Part shown: piece after piece, positions 1-9,758 of the stretch
Layout: each line of letters starts with the position of its first letter
How positions within the stretch are numbered: position 1 is the first letter of the stretch
Origin: Candidatus Atribacteria bacterium
GTDB taxonomy: Bacteria > Atribacterota > JALVIU01
DNA length: 32,701 nt
Direction: 5' to 3'
Assembly: GCA_027028665.1 (NCBI GenBank)
Contig: JALVIU010000206.1
Location: 1-32,701 of the forward strand
Made by a program: the position numbers and the translations under genes
Notes under the pieces: generated by a model
What the model was told of the DNA's origin: nothing
Database searches by the model: none
What the model saw: only the letters and a program-made list of their open reading frames with translations

Positions 1-737
<737 letters not shown>

Positions 738-900
738 TTTGCACCTCCATAATTTCTATTAACTATTATAACATTTTATCGTGAGATTGCGAAGAGTTCC
801 TTAGTGTTTAGAGCAATAATGTAATGATTTTTGAAATAAATAAAATGGCTTATCTTTTTATGATATAATATTTTAAAAATAAACAAGGGAGAAGATATGT

Positions 901-1665
901 ATGAAAAAAGAAAATATAAATATACTTCCAGAGGGTGAACCCCTTTCCCATATAGGGGACAGTAATGTAGGTATTCTTTTTATCCATGGTTTTACCGGTA
1001 TGCCTGAGAGTATGAGAGATGTAGCTATTTATTTTGCAGATAAGGGATATCATGTGGAGCTTCCAAGGTTAAGGGGGCATGGTACAGATAACTGGAGGGC
1101 CCTAAAAGATGTGACATATAAGGATTGGGAAGAGGATGTAGATGAGGCCTTTCTTTCCCTTACAAAACGTGCAGATTCCCTGTTTGTGGTGGGCCTTTCT
1201 ATGGGTGGGACCCTTACACTATATCTTGCAGAGAAATATCCTGATGATGTAAAGGGCATAGTCCTCATAAACCCTGTAATATTTGTCCATGATAAGCTTG
1301 TGCGCTTTGTTCCTATTTTGAAATATATATTGCCTCCCCATCCAGGTATCGGTTCTGATATAAAGAAGGATGGGGTATTTGAGCCTGCATACAAAAAGTT
1401 TCCTGTGGATGCGGCGTATGAACTATTCAGACTTGTAGAACATGTGCGAAAAGACCTTAAAAAGGTGGTGGCCCCCCTTCTTATGGTGGCATCTGAACAT
1501 GATCACCTTGTGCCTGTGATTGATAAGAAGCATATATATGGAAATGTTTCATCTGAGGTAAAAGATATTATTGTACTTGAGGATTCTTATCACGTTGCTA
1601 CAATGGATAATGACAGGGAAAAAATCATAAAAGGAATAGAGGAGTGGATTCAAAAGAATAAATAA
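901..1665 (+). CDS. Alpha/beta-hydrolase carboxylesterase (Est30/YvaK-like, monoacylglycerol-lipase-like)
   Basis: 254 aa. Contains an HG oxyanion motif (LFIHGFTG), a GLSMGG nucleophile elbow (G-x-S-x-G) and a C-terminal DSYHVAT catalytic His region. AAGGGAGAAG SD lies upstream of the ATG at 901. Confidence 0.8.
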   Translation: MKKENINILPEGEPLSHIGDSNVGILFIHGFTGMPESMRDVAIYFADKGYHVELPRLRGHGTDNWRALKDVTYKDWEEDVDEAFLSLTKRADSLFVVGLSMGGTLTLYLAEKYPDDVKGIVLINPVIFVHDKLVRFVPILKYILPPHPGIGSDIKKDGVFEPAYKKFPVDAAYELFRLVEHVRKDLKKVVAPLLMVASEHDHLVPVIDKKHIYGNVSSEVKDIIVLEDSYHVATMDNDREKIIKGIEEWIQKNK

Positions 1666-1695
1666 AATTTTATTTATTTTTTTTGTATTTTTTTC

Positions 1696-1724
1696 TTGAC
1701 TTTTGGTTTTTTTATTTCTATAAT
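1696..1724 (+). promoter_or_regulatory. Near-consensus sigma-70-type promoter of the DUF2877-fdrA-arcC operon
   Basis: TTGACT (1696-1701), 17-nt spacer, TATAAT (1719-1724). Only 7 nt separate the -10 from the ATG at 1732. Confidence 0.55.
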
Positions 1725-1731
1725 TAAATTA

Positions 1732-2649
1732 ATGAAAAAAAAGGCCTATTTTTTCAGTAAAAAAAGTACAAACTTACTTGATGAGCTAAGATCTGGGGGA
1801 GAGGTGCATTCTGTTTTTGACACCTCTCTTAATATACTCATTCCCCCTTCCTCCTTCCTTACCCTTCTTGCAAAGAAAAAGGAGATCTATAGAAATCCTA
1901 TATCTATTGTAATAGATGTAGATTCTTTTAGAGGCTTGTCCATACTACCAGAAGACCCGGTGATCTATACAGGAGATACTATCATAATTGGAGATAAGAA
2001 ACTTATTATAGATACGAAAGATAGGATTACATGGGATGCCTCTTTTAGATATTTTGGCCCTCTTTTATCTCCTTCTTCAATTGAAAAAAATGTAGATACC
2101 CTGAAATTTTTTATTAAAATCATGAATTGGAACAAAGGGATGTTGCCCCTTGTTATAGAAGAATTTCCCCATAGCCACTATACACAAAAGGCAAAATTTG
2201 CAATAGAACGCCTAAGAAGGGAGGATATACTGTCTGAAGCCAGGCTTTCCTTTGTGGGAGAGGGACTTATAGGACTTGGGGATGGACTTACCCCATCTGG
2301 TGATGATTTTCTCTCCGGGTTTTTGGTGATCCTTTATTATTTTGCAAAATATTTGGATCTTGAAGATGTGATAGGGAAGAAGATAAAAGAGATACTTTCC
2401 CGGGTTTTTGTCCGTACAAACCTTTTAAGTGCTGTATTTCTTACCCTTGCAGGACAGGGATATGCCTTTTTCCTCCTAAGGGAGATTATAAAAGATCTCC
2501 TTGGACGAAGGGGATTTGATATGGAGAACATAAGAAATCTCATAGAGTATGGAGATTCATCTGGGGCAAGTATCCTTGCAGGTCTTATATTTGGGATTGA
2601 GTATACTTTAAGATATCTATACAGAGAAACCAAGGAGGTACTTGTATGA
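1732..2649 (+). CDS. DUF2877-family protein (YlbF/AllH-like subunit candidate)
   Basis: ORF-track frame 1696-2649. I place the start at ATG 1732 because the TTG at 1696 is the -35 hexamer. The GLIGLGDGLTPSGDDFLSGF motif resembles the DUF2877 signature as I remember it. A 4-nt ATGA overlap joins it to fdrA. It has the same partner set (FdrA, DUF1116, carbamate kinase) as E. coli ylbF. Confidence 0.6.
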   Translation: MKKKAYFFSKKSTNLLDELRSGGEVHSVFDTSLNILIPPSSFLTLLAKKKEIYRNPISIVIDVDSFRGLSILPEDPVIYTGDTIIIGDKKLIIDTKDRITWDASFRYFGPLLSPSSIEKNVDTLKFFIKIMNWNKGMLPLVIEEFPHSHYTQKAKFAIERLRREDILSEARLSFVGEGLIGLGDGLTPSGDDFLSGFLVILYYFAKYLDLEDVIGKKIKEILSRVFVRTNLLSAVFLTLAGQGYAFFLLREIIKDLLGRRGFDMENIRNLIEYGDSSGASILAGLIFGIEYTLRYLYRETKEVLV

Positions 2650-4202
2650 TAGTCAAGACACTGGTGAAGAAAAACGCGTATTATGATTCAGTAACACTTA
2701 TGATTATTACAAATGACATCAAAAAGCTCGATGGTGTGGAAGAGGTCCTTGTAGGTATGGGCACAGAGCATAATATAAGCCTTGCGAAAGACCTCGGGCT
2801 ATTCACAAAAGAGCTTGAAGATGTAACAGCAAATGACCTCATCATCTCCATGAAGGTAAAGGATGAGGGTGTATTTAGTGAAGCTGTTTCTAAAGTTGAA
2901 GAGCTTCTCTCGGCCAAGCAAGAGGAAGAAGAGAGTGAAGAGGTAAAACCACAATCTATCGATTCTGCAATGGATGCAAATCCCGATGCAAATCTTGTAC
3001 TTATCTCCGTTCCTGGCCAGTTTGCTGCAAGAGAGGCAAGAAAGGCACTTATGGGTGATAGGCATGTACATCTTTTCAGTGATAATGTCACCATTGAAGA
3101 GGAATTGGAGCTTAAAAAACTTGCTCATGAGAGAGGCCTATTAGTAATGGGTCCTGATTGTGGAACAGCCATTATAAATGGTGTTGCCCTTGCATTTGCA
3201 AATGTAGTTACAAAGGGACCTATTGGAATAGTTGCTGCATCTGGTACAGGTGCACAGGAGACATCTACTATTATTGCTAAAAATGGTAGTGGTATAACCC
3301 AGCTTATTGGGACAGGGGGAAGAGACCTTAAAGAAAGTATCGGTGGTATAATGATGATCGATGGTATAAAGGCGCTTGCCGAAGATCCTGATACAAAGGT
3401 AATACTGCTTGTTTCCAAGCCTCCTGCAGAATCTGTTGCAAGGAAGGTCCTTGAAGTGGCAAAGGATACAGGAAAGCCTGTTGTAGTACACTTTATTGGT
3501 GGTACAGCAGAGCTTGTAAGTGAATATGGACTTGTATTCTCTGAAAGTTTAGAGGATGCAGCGCTTAAGGCAGTGGCCCTTTCGAAAGGGGAAGCTCCGA
3601 AAGATGCACCAGAATTTTCTATACCTGAGGAAAAGGTGAAGGAGATAGTAGAGAAAGAAACCAAAGGTATGAAACCAGAGCAGAAGTATATAAGGGGACT
3701 TTACTCTGGAGGAACCCTTTGTGATGAGGCTATGTTGTTTATGACAAGGGAGTTTGGTGGTGTATACTCCAATGCGCCTTTATCTCCTGAATTTAAGCTG
3801 GAAGATTCATTGAAGAGCAAAGAACATACTGTAATTGACCTTGGTGAAGATGAGTTCACAGTGGGTAGGCCACATCCTATGATAGACTCTACTCTTCGTT
3901 CAGAAAGAATTATAGCTGAGGCAAAAGATCCAGAGGTTGCTGTAATCCTTCTTGATGTGGTATTGGGTTATGGTTCAAATCCGGATCCTGCAGGTTCCCT
4001 TCTGGATGCTATAAAGAAGGCAAAGAAAGAGGCAGATGCAGATGGTAGATATCTCTCCATTGTAGCATCTGTATGTGGAACAGAGGAAGATCCACAGCCA
4101 CTTTCTGAACAGGTAGCAAAGCTTGAAAGTGCTGGTGTTGTGGTGATGCCAAGCAATATACAAGCAGTGAGAATGGCTATGAAGATTGCGAAAAGGGGGT
4201 GA
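2646..4202 (+). CDS. fdrA: FdrA-family protein (SucD-like CoA-ligase fold; AllF-like)
   Basis: 518 aa. MIVKTLVKKNAYYDSVTLM, GPDCGTAIINGVALAFANV, GIVAASGTGAQE, IGTGGRDL, LVSKPP and EFTVGRPHPMID align with E. coli FdrA as I remember it. Confidence 0.85.
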   Translation: MIVKTLVKKNAYYDSVTLMIITNDIKKLDGVEEVLVGMGTEHNISLAKDLGLFTKELEDVTANDLIISMKVKDEGVFSEAVSKVEELLSAKQEEEESEEVKPQSIDSAMDANPDANLVLISVPGQFAAREARKALMGDRHVHLFSDNVTIEEELELKKLAHERGLLVMGPDCGTAIINGVALAFANVVTKGPIGIVAASGTGAQETSTIIAKNGSGITQLIGTGGRDLKESIGGIMMIDGIKALAEDPDTKVILLVSKPPAESVARKVLEVAKDTGKPVVVHFIGGTAELVSEYGLVFSESLEDAALKAVALSKGEAPKDAPEFSIPEEKVKEIVEKETKGMKPEQKYIRGLYSGGTLCDEAMLFMTREFGGVYSNAPLSPEFKLEDSLKSKEHTVIDLGEDEFTVGRPHPMIDSTLRSERIIAEAKDPEVAVILLDVVLGYGSNPDPAGSLLDAIKKAKKEADADGRYLSIVASVCGTEEDPQPLSEQVAKLESAGVVVMPSNIQAVRMAMKIAKRG

Positions 4203-4390
4203 TTACCATTTCTAAGATAAATGAGACCCTATTTGGGAAAAAGTTAAAGGTAATAAATCTTGGCCTTGAAAGCTTTGCAGAGGATCTGAAGAGGCAGGGT
4301 GTAAAGGTAGTAGAGGTAGATTGGAAGCCGCCTGCAAAGGGAAAGAAGGAACTTTTAGATCTGCTTGATAAATTAGAGGCTATTAAATAA
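4199..4390 (+). CDS. 63-aa protein resembling the C-terminal tail of long FdrA proteins
   Basis: The GTG start overlaps the fdrA TGA (GTGA). LKVINLGLESFAEDLKRQGVKVVEVDWKPPAKGKKELLDLLDKL aligns with the last roughly 45 residues of 555-aa E. coli FdrA (VAVINIGLRSFALELQ...VVHYQWSPVAGGNKKLARLLERLQ, from memory). It ends 10 nt before the DUF1116 gene. Confidence 0.5.
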   Translation: MITISKINETLFGKKLKVINLGLESFAEDLKRQGVKVVEVDWKPPAKGKKELLDLLDKLEAIK

Positions 4391-4400
4391 GGAGGCTATC

Positions 4401-5648
4401 ATGGCTATAAGTATTGAAAAGGCAAATAAAGAAGCCATAGAAAGGATGCAAAAGAGTCAGCCTACACTGGTAGGACTTGATATTGCTGGTAATGTTGTTC
4501 CCGGAATGAAAAAGAAGATGATCCTCCATGCAGGTCCACCTATTACATGGGATAGGATGTGTGGACCTTTGAAAGGAGCAGTAATTGGTGGTCTCATATA
4601 TGAAGGACTTGCAAAGAACGAAGAAGAGGCAATAGAGCTTGCATCATCTGGTGAGATAGAGTTTTCCCCATGGCATCACCACAATGGTGTGGGACCTATG
4701 GCAGGTGTTGCTACATATTCTATGCCTGTCTTTATTGTGGAAAATACCACTTATGGCAATAAGGCATATTGTACCATGAATGAAGGACTTGGAAAGGTGC
4801 TTCGTTATGGTGCATATGATGATGAAGTAATTTCGAGACTCAAATGGATGGAGGAAGAACTCTATCCTGTACTTCGTGATACATTGAAGCTTTCAGGTCC
4901 TATAAACCTTAAAAACCTCATTGCACAGGCACTTCAGATGGGTGATGAGTGTCATAACAGGAATAAGGCAGGTACATCTTTGTTTATAAGAGAGATTGCA
5001 CCATATCTTGTAGAGACAGATTATTCTGAAGAGGTAAAATCTCGTGTATTAAAGTTTATACATGGAAACGACCACTTCTTCCTGAATCTGTCTATGCCTG
5101 CAGGTAAGGCAACAACCCAGGCAGCAGAGTGGATAGAAGGGAGCACTATTGTGACTACTATGGCAAGAAATGGTACAGATTTTGGTATAAGGGTAAGCGG
5201 TCTTCCTGATCAGTGGTTTGTAGGTCCTGCCCTTCAGGTAAAGGGACTTTTGTTCCCTGGGTTTACAGATGATGATGCAAACCCAGATATTGGTGATAGT
5301 ACCATTACAGAGACTGCAGGATATGGTGGTTTTGCTATGGCATCTGCACCTGCTATTGTACAGTTTGTAGGTGGTACACCAAAGGATGCTATGAACTTTA
5401 CATTGAAGATGTATGAGATTACCGCAGCGGAAAATGAGACATATAAGGTACCATATCTCAATTTCCGTGGCACACCAACGGGAATAGATATAAGAAAGGT
5501 TATAGAAAAGGGTATACTTCCTCAGATAAATACAGGTATTGCTCATAAAAAACCAGGTGTTGGTCAGGTGGGTGCAGGCCTTGTAAATCCACCTGAAAAT
5601 ATATTTGAAGATGCTTTAAGGGCATTTGTTGAAAAATATGTGGGATAA
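4401..5648 (+). CDS. DUF1116 protein (YlbE/AllG-like)
   Basis: 415 aa. LHAGPP, VGPMAG, NEGLGKVLRYGAY, FFLNLSM, RNGTDFGIRVSGL, ANPDIGDSTITET and INTGIAHK match E. coli YlbE along the whole length (from memory). AAGGAGG SD upstream. Confidence 0.85.
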   Translation: MAISIEKANKEAIERMQKSQPTLVGLDIAGNVVPGMKKKMILHAGPPITWDRMCGPLKGAVIGGLIYEGLAKNEEEAIELASSGEIEFSPWHHHNGVGPMAGVATYSMPVFIVENTTYGNKAYCTMNEGLGKVLRYGAYDDEVISRLKWMEEELYPVLRDTLKLSGPINLKNLIAQALQMGDECHNRNKAGTSLFIREIAPYLVETDYSEEVKSRVLKFIHGNDHFFLNLSMPAGKATTQAAEWIEGSTIVTTMARNGTDFGIRVSGLPDQWFVGPALQVKGLLFPGFTDDDANPDIGDSTITETAGYGGFAMASAPAIVQFVGGTPKDAMNFTLKMYEITAAENETYKVPYLNFRGTPTGIDIRKVIEKGILPQINTGIAHKKPGVGQVGAGLVNPPENIFEDALRAFVEKYVG

Positions 5649-5663
5649 AGGAGAGATGTGAAG

Positions 5664-6611
5664 ATGGCAAGGATCGTTGTGGCACTGGGAGGAAATGCTA
5701 TACTGCAACCAGGGCAAAAGGGGACATATGAAGAACAACTTACAAATGTAAAGAATACAACTACACAGATTGCAAAGATGGTACAAGAGGGACATGAAGT
5801 AGTCATAACACATGGAAATGGACCACAGGTAGGTGCAATACTTTTGCAAAATGAAGCTGGAGAGAAGCTGTATAATGTACCATCTATGCCTATGGATGTG
5901 TGTGGTTCTGAGACTCAGGGTTTTATAGGTTATATGATACAGCAATCACTTATAAATGAGTTTGTAAAAGAAAATATTAAAAAACCTGTAGCAACAGTAG
6001 TTACCCAGGTTCTCGTAGATAAGGATGACCCTGCATTTTCTCATCCTACAAAACCTGTAGGCCCTTTCTATACAAAGGAAGAGGCAGAAAAGAGGCAGAA
6101 GGAGCACCCAAATGAGGTCTGGATAGAGGATGCAGGTAGGGGATATAGAAGAGTAGTCCCATCCCCTGACCCAAAGGCGATAGTAGAAAAAGATGCGGTA
6201 AACTGTCTTGTGGCAAATGGAAGTATAGTTATTGCATCAGGCGGCGGCGGCATTCCTGTAATAAAAGAAGTAGATGGTACATATAAAGGGGTAGAAGCAG
6301 TGATAGATAAAGATCTTGCAGGGGAGAGACTTGCACAAGAGGTGGGTGCAGATATATTACTCATTCTCACAGATGTACCAAATGCCTATATAAATTATAA
6401 AAAGGAAAATGAAAAGGCCCTTGGCGAAGTTAAAGTGGAAGAAATTGAAAAATATCAAGAAGAGGGCCATTTTAAGGCGGGAAGTATGGGGCCGAAGGTA
6501 AAGGCAGCCATTCGTTTTGTGAAAGACGGTGGCAAAATGGCTATTATTACAGCACTTGAGAAGGCAGTGGATGCACTTTCAGGTAAGGCAGGCACAAGAA
6601 TAGTCCCGTAA
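5664..6611 (+). CDS. arcC: Carbamate kinase
   Basis: N-terminus [14 protein letters not shown], plus [18 protein letters not shown] and [11 protein letters not shown] prefer ATG 5664, which lies 8 nt after the AAGGAGAG SD, over the track GTG at 5658. Confidence 0.9.
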   Translation: MARIVVALGGNAILQPGQKGTYEEQLTNVKNTTTQIAKMVQEGHEVVITHGNGPQVGAILLQNEAGEKLYNVPSMPMDVCGSETQGFIGYMIQQSLINEFVKENIKKPVATVVTQVLVDKDDPAFSHPTKPVGPFYTKEEAEKRQKEHPNEVWIEDAGRGYRRVVPSPDPKAIVEKDAVNCLVANGSIVIASGGGGIPVIKEVDGTYKGVEAVIDKDLAGERLAQEVGADILLILTDVPNAYINYKKENEKALGEVKVEEIEKYQEEGHFKAGSMGPKVKAAIRFVKDGGKMAIITALEKAVDALSGKAGTRIVP

Positions 6612-6623
6612 TTTATAGAGAAA

Positions 6624-6640
6624 GGGGGCTTTATGCCCCC
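6624..6640. terminator. Bidirectional hairpin between convergent arcC and the ABC ATPase gene
   Basis: GGGGGC-TTTAT-GCCCCC stem-loop in the 69-nt gap between the two stop codons. Confidence 0.6.
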
Positions 6641-6680
6641 CCTCCTTTAATTAATAAGTCTATCTCCTATTAAGAAACAC

Positions 6681-7745
6681 CTATTCTTTTATAAAGTAAA
6701 GATCTCTGTTTAATACCTTTATTCCTACTTTTTCCCCTGCAGGGAATACTCCTTCCTCCATGGTATAATCCACGACAGAGAGCTCTCCCCATGGACTATC
6801 AAGAAGGTATTCTGCTATCTGTCCGAGATAGAAAGAGGTCTTAACAGTAGCTTCAACCCCTGTCTTTTCTTTGGTAAGTCTTATGCTTTCGGGTCGTATT
6901 ACTACTACCCCTTCTGTTCCAGGAGAGAATTCCTTATCTATATCAAATTCTATTTCAGTTCCTTCAAGTGCTATCTTTACCTTTCCATTATCGTATGATA
7001 CGACCTTTCCATTTACCAGATTGGCCTCTCCGATAAAGTCTGCAACAAACTTATTGGCGGGACGCCTGTAGAGGGTTTCAGCATCTCCGATCTGTTGGAT
7101 CTTACCCTGAGACATGACCACAATCATATCTGACATGGACATGGCCTCTGATTGGTCATGTGTTACATATACTGCAGTAATACCAAATTGTTGCTGTATA
7201 TTTCTTATTTCTCCACGCATCCTCCGTCTCAGTTTTGCATCGAGATTGGAAAGAGGCTCATCAAAGAGGATTACCTTTGGTCTTAGGATCAATGAACGTG
7301 CAAGTGCAACACGCTGTTGCTGTCCCCCTGAGAGCTCTCTTGGAGACCTATTTTCAAGACCAGAAAGACCCATAAGCTCCAGGATCTCTCGTACCATATC
7401 TTTTATCTCTTGTTCTTTATATCCTTTTATTTTAAGACCATATGCAATATTGTGATACACGGTAAGATGTGGGAAAAGTGCATAGGATTGGAAAACCATG
7501 GTAACATCTCTTTCATTTGCCAGGAGTCCTGTTACATCGTCATCACCGATAAATACCCTTCCTTTGGTTACCTCTTCAAGCCCTGCTATAATGCGAAGGG
7601 TAGTAGTTTTTCCACACCCTGAAGGCCCGAGGAGTGTATAAAACTTTCCTGCTTCGATCTCAAGGGTTATGCCATCTACTGCCTTTACATTCCCAAAATA
7701 TTTATATACATTATCCAAATAGACTCTTGATGCCTCTATTTTCAT
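6681..7745 (-). CDS. ABC importer ATP-binding protein (FbpC/AfuC/PotA-type with C-terminal TOBE-like domain)
   Basis: Walker [10 protein letters not shown], signature [13 protein letters not shown], Walker [10 protein letters not shown]-loop VTHD. About 110 aa of C-terminal regulatory domain. A 4-nt overlap joins it to the permease gene. Confidence 0.9.
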   Translation of the reverse strand: MKIEASRVYLDNVYKYFGNVKAVDGITLEIEAGKFYTLLGPSGCGKTTTLRIIAGLEEVTKGRVFIGDDDVTGLLANERDVTMVFQSYALFPHLTVYHNIAYGLKIKGYKEQEIKDMVREILELMGLSGLENRSPRELSGGQQQRVALARSLILRPKVILFDEPLSNLDAKLRRRMRGEIRNIQQQFGITAVYVTHDQSEAMSMSDMIVVMSQGKIQQIGDAETLYRRPANKFVADFIGEANLVNGKVVSYDNGKVKIALEGTEIEFDIDKEFSPGTEGVVVIRPESIRLTKEKTGVEATVKTSFYLGQIAEYLLDSPWGELSVVDYTMEEGVFPAGEKVGIKVLNRDLYFIKE

Positions 7746-9757
7746 AAGCTAATCTCCTGTCTTACCCCAATTTTGTTTACCAGGGAGTACATGATAAGGA
7801 TAACCGCAAGTATAATAGCTATTAAAACTGTACTATATGCGGATGCAACCCCCAATGTACCTGCCTCTATACGATTTAAGATAACCACTGTTGCAACTCT
7901 TGTTCTTGCTGTGGTTAAGAATATAACTGCACTTATTGCTGTAATAGAACGTACAAATCCAAACACCCATCCTGAGACAATTGCAGGTTTTATAAGAGGA
8001 AATACTACCTTAAATAATGTATCTGAGTTTTTCCCTCCCAGTGTAGTAGATGCCTCTTCAAGGGATGGGTCAAGTTGTGAAAGTGAAGCAATACCTGATC
8101 GTATCCCCACAGGCATATATCTAAATATAAATGAAAGTATTACAATGGTTGCTGTACCTGTAAGCATAAGGGGATATCTATTAAATCCTATAAGATATCC
8201 TATACCAATAACGGTTCCTGGTATTGCAAAGGATAAAAGTGACGAAAATTCAAGATAACCTCTGCCCGGGAATCTTTGTCGTGTAATAAGGTATGAAATC
8301 ATTATGCCTATTGCGGCTGTGATAAATGCTGATATGAATGCAAACTTCATTGTAATCCACAATGTATCTGTGTATTCGTTGAAAAACCTTGCATAATGGG
8401 CAAAGGTGAATTTATTATTTATTCCCCAGAGTTTCACGAAACTACCATATATTACTGTACCGTATAGAATGGCTGTAAATGAGAACCATGCAACCATGAT
8501 TGTAGTAATTGTGGATTCAAATGTTTTGGGTAGAGGAATAAACCTTCCTCCTGCAGGCTTTCCTGTAACAGTTATATAGGATTTCTTACCAATCCAGTAT
8601 TGTTGCAATAGGAATATAAAGAGTGTTGATGCAAGAAGTACTATACCCAGTGTTGATGCAAGGGTTTCATCATATCTTCCTACTATACTAAAGTAAATTT
8701 CTGTGGCAAGTACGTCGTAGTCTCCACCAAGTACGATAGGGTTTCCAAAATCTGCCATGGATTCTATAGCTGTAAGTAAAAAGGAGTTGGCCACTCCTAT
8801 ACGCAAAAGGGGCCATACCACCTGGGTAAAGGTCTTCCATCTGTTTGCCCCTAATGTAGTAGATGCCTCTTCAAGAGAGGGGTCGAGGGATTTGATAAGC
8901 CCATCTAAGAGCATGTATGATATAGGAGCAAATGACAGAGTCTGGGCAAGTATAAGACCATTTAGACCAAATATTGCCTTTGTGTGTAGATGTAGTAAGG
9001 TTTTTGTTACAAATCCCTGTACGCCAAACATATATATAATTGCAAGACCTATAAGAAAAGGTGGTGTAATTATAGGTAATAAGGAGAAAACAGATATGAC
9101 CTTTCCTATCCACTTTATCCTGGATCTATTTGCCAAAAGGGCGAAAATAAATCCTAACAGAGTAGATGTTACCCCAACGATGGCTGCCAGGGTAAATGTA
9201 TGCCTTAGTACCCTGAAGAGCTGGAAGTATCCCTTTAAGGTGGTAATAAACTGCTTAGGTACCAAAACCCCATATTGTGTAGTGATACTCCTTATGAGTA
9301 TAACTATAAGAGGATAGACTATAAACATTGTTACAACAAGCATGGATACCCAGATAGACCAGGATAGAAATCTATCTCCCTTTATAAAGGAGATGTCAGA
9401 AAGAGAAAAGGCAAAAATAGAGTAAAAAATAGAGAATATTAACGTAGAGCCAAATCCGAACGCCTCTTCTTTAGTAGGTCCAAATACGAGATACACAGTA
9501 ATTGCTGCACCTAATACAGATATAATAAGAGAGATATATCCCTTTGCCTTTTTGTTTTTCAAAAACAGTGGAATAATAAATAGAAGTAGTAAAATACCAA
9601 CTACATAAAATAGAGGGATCCTTGTCCCATATTTTATTGCAGCCTTTGCGGGATCAAAAAAATGATAGAATTTTTTATCATAATTTGCCCATGGTAGGGC
9701 TATATAAGCATATAGCCCTACCAATAAGGAAATAAGTATTCCCTTATCCAGTTTCAT
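7742..9757 (-). CDS. Fused double-domain ABC permease (FbpB/AfuB/ThiP-type)
   Basis: 671 aa and highly hydrophobic. It has two EAA loops with the same core, LDPSLEEASTTLG (ANRW and GKNS variants), about 285 aa apart. This is an internal duplication typical of this permease family. Confidence 0.85.
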   Translation of the reverse strand: MKLDKGILISLLVGLYAYIALPWANYDKKFYHFFDPAKAAIKYGTRIPLFYVVGILLLLFIIPLFLKNKKAKGYISLIISVLGAAITVYLVFGPTKEEAFGFGSTLIFSIFYSIFAFSLSDISFIKGDRFLSWSIWVSMLVVTMFIVYPLIVILIRSITTQYGVLVPKQFITTLKGYFQLFRVLRHTFTLAAIVGVTSTLLGFIFALLANRSRIKWIGKVISVFSLLPIITPPFLIGLAIIYMFGVQGFVTKTLLHLHTKAIFGLNGLILAQTLSFAPISYMLLDGLIKSLDPSLEEASTTLGANRWKTFTQVVWPLLRIGVANSFLLTAIESMADFGNPIVLGGDYDVLATEIYFSIVGRYDETLASTLGIVLLASTLFIFLLQQYWIGKKSYITVTGKPAGGRFIPLPKTFESTITTIMVAWFSFTAILYGTVIYGSFVKLWGINNKFTFAHYARFFNEYTDTLWITMKFAFISAFITAAIGIMISYLITRQRFPGRGYLEFSSLLSFAIPGTVIGIGYLIGFNRYPLMLTGTATIVILSFIFRYMPVGIRSGIASLSQLDPSLEEASTTLGGKNSDTLFKVVFPLIKPAIVSGWVFGFVRSITAISAVIFLTTARTRVATVVILNRIEAGTLGVASAYSTVLIAIILAVILIMYSLVNKIGVRQEISL

Positions 9758-9758
9758 T

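Noticed and set aside
1657-1678. 22-nt perfect palindrome AATAAATAAAATTTTATTTATT followed by a T-run, as the esterase terminator
   Set aside because: The stem is entirely A/T and would be very weak, especially in a thermophile. I cannot support it as a functional terminator. The same applies to TAGAAAATTTTCTA at 22308-22321 and the A/T palindrome near 11995-12012.
1696-1731. TTG at 1696 as the start of the DUF2877 gene (ORF-track start)
   Set aside because: The TTG is the first three bases of the -35 hexamer TTGACT. The added 12 residues (MTFGFFISIIKL) are encoded by T-rich promoter DNA, and there is no SD.
3125-3664. Long antisense ORFs inside genes, for example 265-492, 1050-1394, 2681-3094, 3125-3664, 5049-5546, 7114-7455, 8757-9317, 15528-16142, 21850-22203 and 27032-27616
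   Set aside because: All lie opposite well-supported genes. Their translations are low-complexity (S/P/F/C-rich), they have no SD and they match no family. They are typical shadow ORFs.
4191-4202. Programmed -1 ribosomal frameshift at AAAAGGGGG, fusing FdrA to the 63-aa ORF
   Set aside because: In the FdrA reading frame the codons are AAA AGG GGG TGA. The run is therefore not phased as an X-XXY-YYZ slippery heptamer, and I see no downstream stimulatory stem-loop. A GTGA coupled restart or a sequencing indel is simpler.
5658-5663. GTG at 5658 as the carbamate kinase start
   Set aside because: It is only 2 nt from the SD. ATG 5664 gives the canonical [13 protein letters not shown]-terminus with normal SD spacing.
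8042-8885. 21-nt exact repeat TGTAGTAGATGCCTCTTCAAG at 8042-8062 and 8865-8885
   Set aside because: Both copies encode the LEEASTT core of the two EAA loops of the internally duplicated permease. This is conserved coding sequence, not a repeat element.
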